DNA of 62,958 nucleotides, filler included. It is 6 parts of 6 records of this genome, joined end to end, with 100 filler letters (N's around TTAATTAATTAA, not from the genome) between each part and the next. Parts side by side here need not be neighbours in the genome. Positions count along the whole stretch, not along the records: positions 57,740 to 62,958 come from SRR22947727_2934; 5 more parts are not named here. One strand, given 5' to 3'. Within the stretch, counting starts at the first letter, position 1. Each line of letters opens with the position of its first letter. The notes under the pieces were generated by a model. The model was not told the DNA's origin and searched no databases. It was given only the letters and a program-made list of their open reading frames with translations. Made by a program: the position numbers and the translations under genes. Positions 60,159-62,958 of this stretch are shown here, piece by piece.

Positions 60159-60668
60159 TTGAAAAAAAACCTTGCATTAACTGGAATGATGGGAGTTGGA
60201 AAAACTTCTATTGGTAAAATTCTATCTCAAAAGCTTTCTATGAAATTTATAGATATTGATCAAATAATTGAGAGAAAACTTAATGCAACTATTAGTGATA
60301 TATTTAAAAAAAAAGGAGAAAAATTTTTTCGTAAATATGAGGAAAAAATTACTCTTAATGAAGTTTCAAAATTAAATGCTGTGATATCTCTTGGCGGTGG
60401 AGCGTTTATCAATCCAAAAATAAGACAGCAAGTACAAATTAACTGTACGAGCTTTTGGCTCGATTTAGATGTTCCATTACTTAAAGAAAGATTAATTAAC
60501 TCAAAAAAAAGACCTCTATTAAAGAATAATGATTTAAAGAGTGTATTAGAAAAAATCTACAAAGATAGAAAAAAAATATATGCGCTTGCTGATTTTAAAA
60601 TAGACTGTAAAAAGCTTAATGTAGAGTCTGTAGCAAATAAAATTATTGAATTATATGAAAGTAAATAA
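60159..60668 (+). CDS. aroK: Shikimate kinase
   Basis: GMMGVGKT, GEKFFR, SLGGG, RPLL. Confidence 0.95.
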   Translation: MKKNLALTGMMGVGKTSIGKILSQKLSMKFIDIDQIIERKLNATISDIFKKKGEKFFRKYEEKITLNEVSKLNAVISLGGGAFINPKIRQQVQINCTSFWLDLDVPLLKERLINSKKRPLLKNNDLKSVLEKIYKDRKKIYALADFKIDCKKLNVESVANKIIELYESK

Positions 60669-61764
60669 ATTAAAAATTGGTACTTCTGACTCAAAATATG
60701 AGATTATCATAGGACAAAAAATATTAAAAAATTCCTCTCAATACATCAAAAAAAGTTGCCCAAATGTAAAAAAAATTGCTTTAGTCATTGATAAAAATAT
60801 TCCTCAGAATTTCGTCAACATCTTAAAGACAAGCTTAAAAAAATTTAAAGTTTATTCTTTTAAATATTCTGTAAATGAAAAATTCAAATCCACACATAAT
60901 GCTCTAAAACTTGCTGAAACTTGTTTGTCTAAAAACTTTAACAGGAATGATTTAATTATATCATTTGGTGGTGGCATTTTAGGAGACCTTTCAGGTTTCG
61001 CAGCAAGTATTATAAAGAGAGGTATAAATTTCATAAACATTCCTTCAACTTTACTTGCTCAAGTAGATTCTTCGATTGGTGGAAAAACAGGTGTTAATTC
61101 AAAATTTGGAAAAAATTTGATTGGTGCATTTTACCAACCTAAATTAGTAATTTCTGATGTAGAACTTTTAAAAAGTTTACCAAAAAGAGAGATGGTATGT
61201 GGTTACGCTGAAATTTTAAAACATTCCATGATTTTGAAAAGTAATTTTTTTAATTGGCTTTCAAAAAACTCTGCCAAAATCCTTGAAAACAAAAATCCAA
61301 ATCTTATTACTCAAGCAATTGTCAAAAGCTGTAAAGTAAAATTATTTTTTGTTGAGAAAGATACGAAAGAAAAAAATATTAGAATGATTTTAAATTTTGG
61401 TCATACGTTTGCACATGCTATAGAAGTGCAAAATAAATATTCAAAAAATATTAATCATGGAGAAGCAGTTATATTAGGTATGCTGATGGCAACAAAATTA
61501 TCGTATTTAAAAGGTGTCTGTAGTTTAAAAACTTTAAATCTCGTTCAAAATATTTATAAAAATAATAATTTAAAATATTCTTTAGATAAATTTTTTAAAA
61601 CAAAGGAATACAATAGTATTGTGGATCATATGAGTAATGATAAAAAAAATAATGATGATAGGATTAACCTCATTCTTTTAAAAAATATTGGTCAAACCAC
61701 TTTACCAAATGCATATAAAATTAAGAAAAATGAATTAAAAAAAATATTTAAAAAAATTATTTAA
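60655..61764 (+). CDS. aroB: 3-dehydroquinate synthase
   Basis: GGGILGD, QVDSSIGGKT, LNFGHTFAHA, HGEAV. Confidence 0.96.
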   Translation: MKVNKLKIGTSDSKYEIIIGQKILKNSSQYIKKSCPNVKKIALVIDKNIPQNFVNILKTSLKKFKVYSFKYSVNEKFKSTHNALKLAETCLSKNFNRNDLIISFGGGILGDLSGFAASIIKRGINFINIPSTLLAQVDSSIGGKTGVNSKFGKNLIGAFYQPKLVISDVELLKSLPKREMVCGYAEILKHSMILKSNFFNWLSKNSAKILENKNPNLITQAIVKSCKVKLFFVEKDTKEKNIRMILNFGHTFAHAIEVQNKYSKNINHGEAVILGMLMATKLSYLKGVCSLKTLNLVQNIYKNNNLKYSLDKFFKTKEYNSIVDHMSNDKKNNDDRINLILLKNIGQTTLPNAYKIKKNELKKIFKKII

Positions 61765-62017
61765 TTATAATTTCTAGAGCGTGAATTTTGTCTTTGAACT
61801 CTTCATTGACTGCTTTCAGTACTTCTTTGTGGGCCTTAACTCTATTTAAAGATTTTAGAAATATGGACTGAATTTCAACTTTTAAATGATATTTAGTTTT
61901 ATCAAAAAATTTATGAGTTTTATGTTTATCTGAGTTATCAATAATATTTATGCTTTCAAGATCAATATGATTTCTAATTTTATTTTCTATTTCTTTTAAA
62001 AAATTATTTATTTGCAT
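61757..62017 (-). CDS. bolA: BolA-family protein
   Basis: DNSDKHKTH, F..LNRV.AH, IHALEI. Confidence 0.85.
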   Translation of the reverse strand: MQINNFLKEIENKIRNHIDLESINIIDNSDKHKTHKFFDKTKYHLKVEIQSIFLKSLNRVKAHKEVLKAVNEEFKDKIHALEIIIK

Positions 62018-62045
62018 AAGTTTATTATATAAACAATTTTTTAAT

Positions 62046-62561
62046 ATGAAAATTATTTGTGATTGGGAAAATTGTAATGAAATAGGTAGTTACAAGGCTC
62101 CATTAGAAAAAGATAACAGTAAGAAATATAGGCTACTATGTTTAGAGCATATAAAAATTTTTAATAAAAAATGGAACTATTTTTCAGATATGACTGATCA
62201 ACAAATAGAATATTTTATAAAATCAGATCTAACATGGCATAAGACAACAAAAAGTTTTGGTTCTTCAGAAAATTTTTTTAATATACTCTGGAATAATGCT
62301 CTTGATGATAAATTAAATATTTTTAAGTCCTCCGGTTATAAAGAATTTAAGAAAAATCAATTAAGCAGCACCGATCGTGATGCTCTAGATATAATGGAGT
62401 TAAATTATGACGCAAAATGGGAGGAAATTCAAAAACAATTTAAAACTCTTGTTAAAAAATATCATCCTGATAAAAACCTAGGAAGTAGGAAGTTTGAAGA
62501 TAAGCTAAAAAAAATTACCTTGGCATATAGTCAACTTAAACTGACAATTGGAAAAAAATAA
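62046..62561 (+). CDS. C-terminal J-domain protein
   Basis: CDWENC..CLEH..FNKKWNYF and HPD. Confidence 0.88.
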   Translation: MKIICDWENCNEIGSYKAPLEKDNSKKYRLLCLEHIKIFNKKWNYFSDMTDQQIEYFIKSDLTWHKTTKSFGSSENFFNILWNNALDDKLNIFKSSGYKEFKKNQLSSTDRDALDIMELNYDAKWEEIQKQFKTLVKKYHPDKNLGSRKFEDKLKKITLAYSQLKLTIGKK

Positions 62562-62958
62562 TGACTAGTTTAACATCGTTAAAAAAACCAGATATAAAAA
62601 TTTCTGTAAAACAAACCTTTGGTGTAGACACAGAAATGGAAATAGAAGCTTTTTCAAAAACAAATGAATTTGTTCCTAAAATTGATCAAAATTACAAATT
62701 TGATAGAGATACAACTTTAGCAATTTTATCTGGATTTGCTTTTAATAAAAGAGTTTTGGTTCAAGGATATCATGGAACAGGTAAATCGACTCACATTGAG
62801 CAAGTTGCGGCTAGACTAAATTGGCCATGCATAAGAGTAAACTTGGATAGCCATGTAAGTAGAATAGATTTAATCGGTAAAGACGCAATAGTGCTTAAAG
62901 AGGGAAAGCAAATAACTGAATTTAAAGAAGGTATTTTACCTTGGTCAATACAAAATCC
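62561..62958 (+). CDS. cobS: Cobaltochelatase subunit CobS (3' truncated; absent from the ORF track)
   Basis: FDRDTTLAILSGFAFNKRVLVQGYHGTGKSTHIEQVAARLNWPC. Confidence 0.92.
   Translation, partial: MTSLTSLKKPDIKISVKQTFGVDTEMEIEAFSKTNEFVPKIDQNYKFDRDTTLAILSGFAFNKRVLVQGYHGTGKSTHIEQVAARLNWPCIRVNLDSHVSRIDLIGKDAIVLKEGKQITEFKEGILPWSIQN

Noticed and set aside
11211-62958. Two cobS genes (phage and SAR11-like) suggesting transfer or a B12 auxiliary gene
   Set aside because: They lie on different contigs and are clearly divergent subfamilies. No cobN or other cobalamin genes are present.
1-62958. CRISPR arrays, tRNA/rRNA genes, IS elements, DGR or retron RT, stop-codon recoding
   Set aside because: None recognised by eye. 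Genes translate fully in the standard code and intergenic spaces are short. A covariance-model scan would be needed to exclude small RNA genes.

Overview
The window is a concatenation of six unrelated marine metagenomic contigs joined by artificial 100-nt linkers (44 N + TTAATTAATTAA + 44 N). (1) 1-13882: T4-like cyanomyovirus core region (g23 end, small beta-barrel OMP, g3, uvsY, uvsW, g55, g47, g46, 2OG-Fe(II) oxygenase, HExxH/vWA protein, cobS-like ATPase, fibre-like gene) with readable early and late promoters. (2) 13983-22711: alphaproteobacterial inositol catabolism cluster (iolE, iolD, iolB, oxidoreductases), a LysR regulator and the start of an MttB-family methyltransferase. (3) 22812-39539: morphogenesis operon of a marine podovirus (portal, scaffold, capsid, adaptor, tail and ejection proteins). 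(4) 39640-48027: a second, related podovirus with tail-fibre genes upstream of scaffold and capsid. (5) 48128-57639: alphaproteobacterial pntB, ABC1 kinase, pepF, tandem glycine riboswitch and gcvTHP. (6) 57740-62958: very AT-rich SAR11-like def, aroK, aroB, bolA, J-domain gene and cobS. The top candidate for a novel system is in contig 3. An intact-looking RTX-toxin-activating acyltransferase (HlyC/TAAT family) sits between the portal gene and a Gly-rich low-complexity protein, with no RTX toxin in view. The same phage carries two further GNAT-like acyltransferases, which suggests phage-encoded acylation of virion proteins. Other highlights are a candidate ~120-nt cyanophage sRNA, a perfect antisense sigma70 promoter upstream of g55, and a glycine riboswitch with an 87-nt structured insertion. 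All family assignments come from motif recognition by eye, not from database searches.
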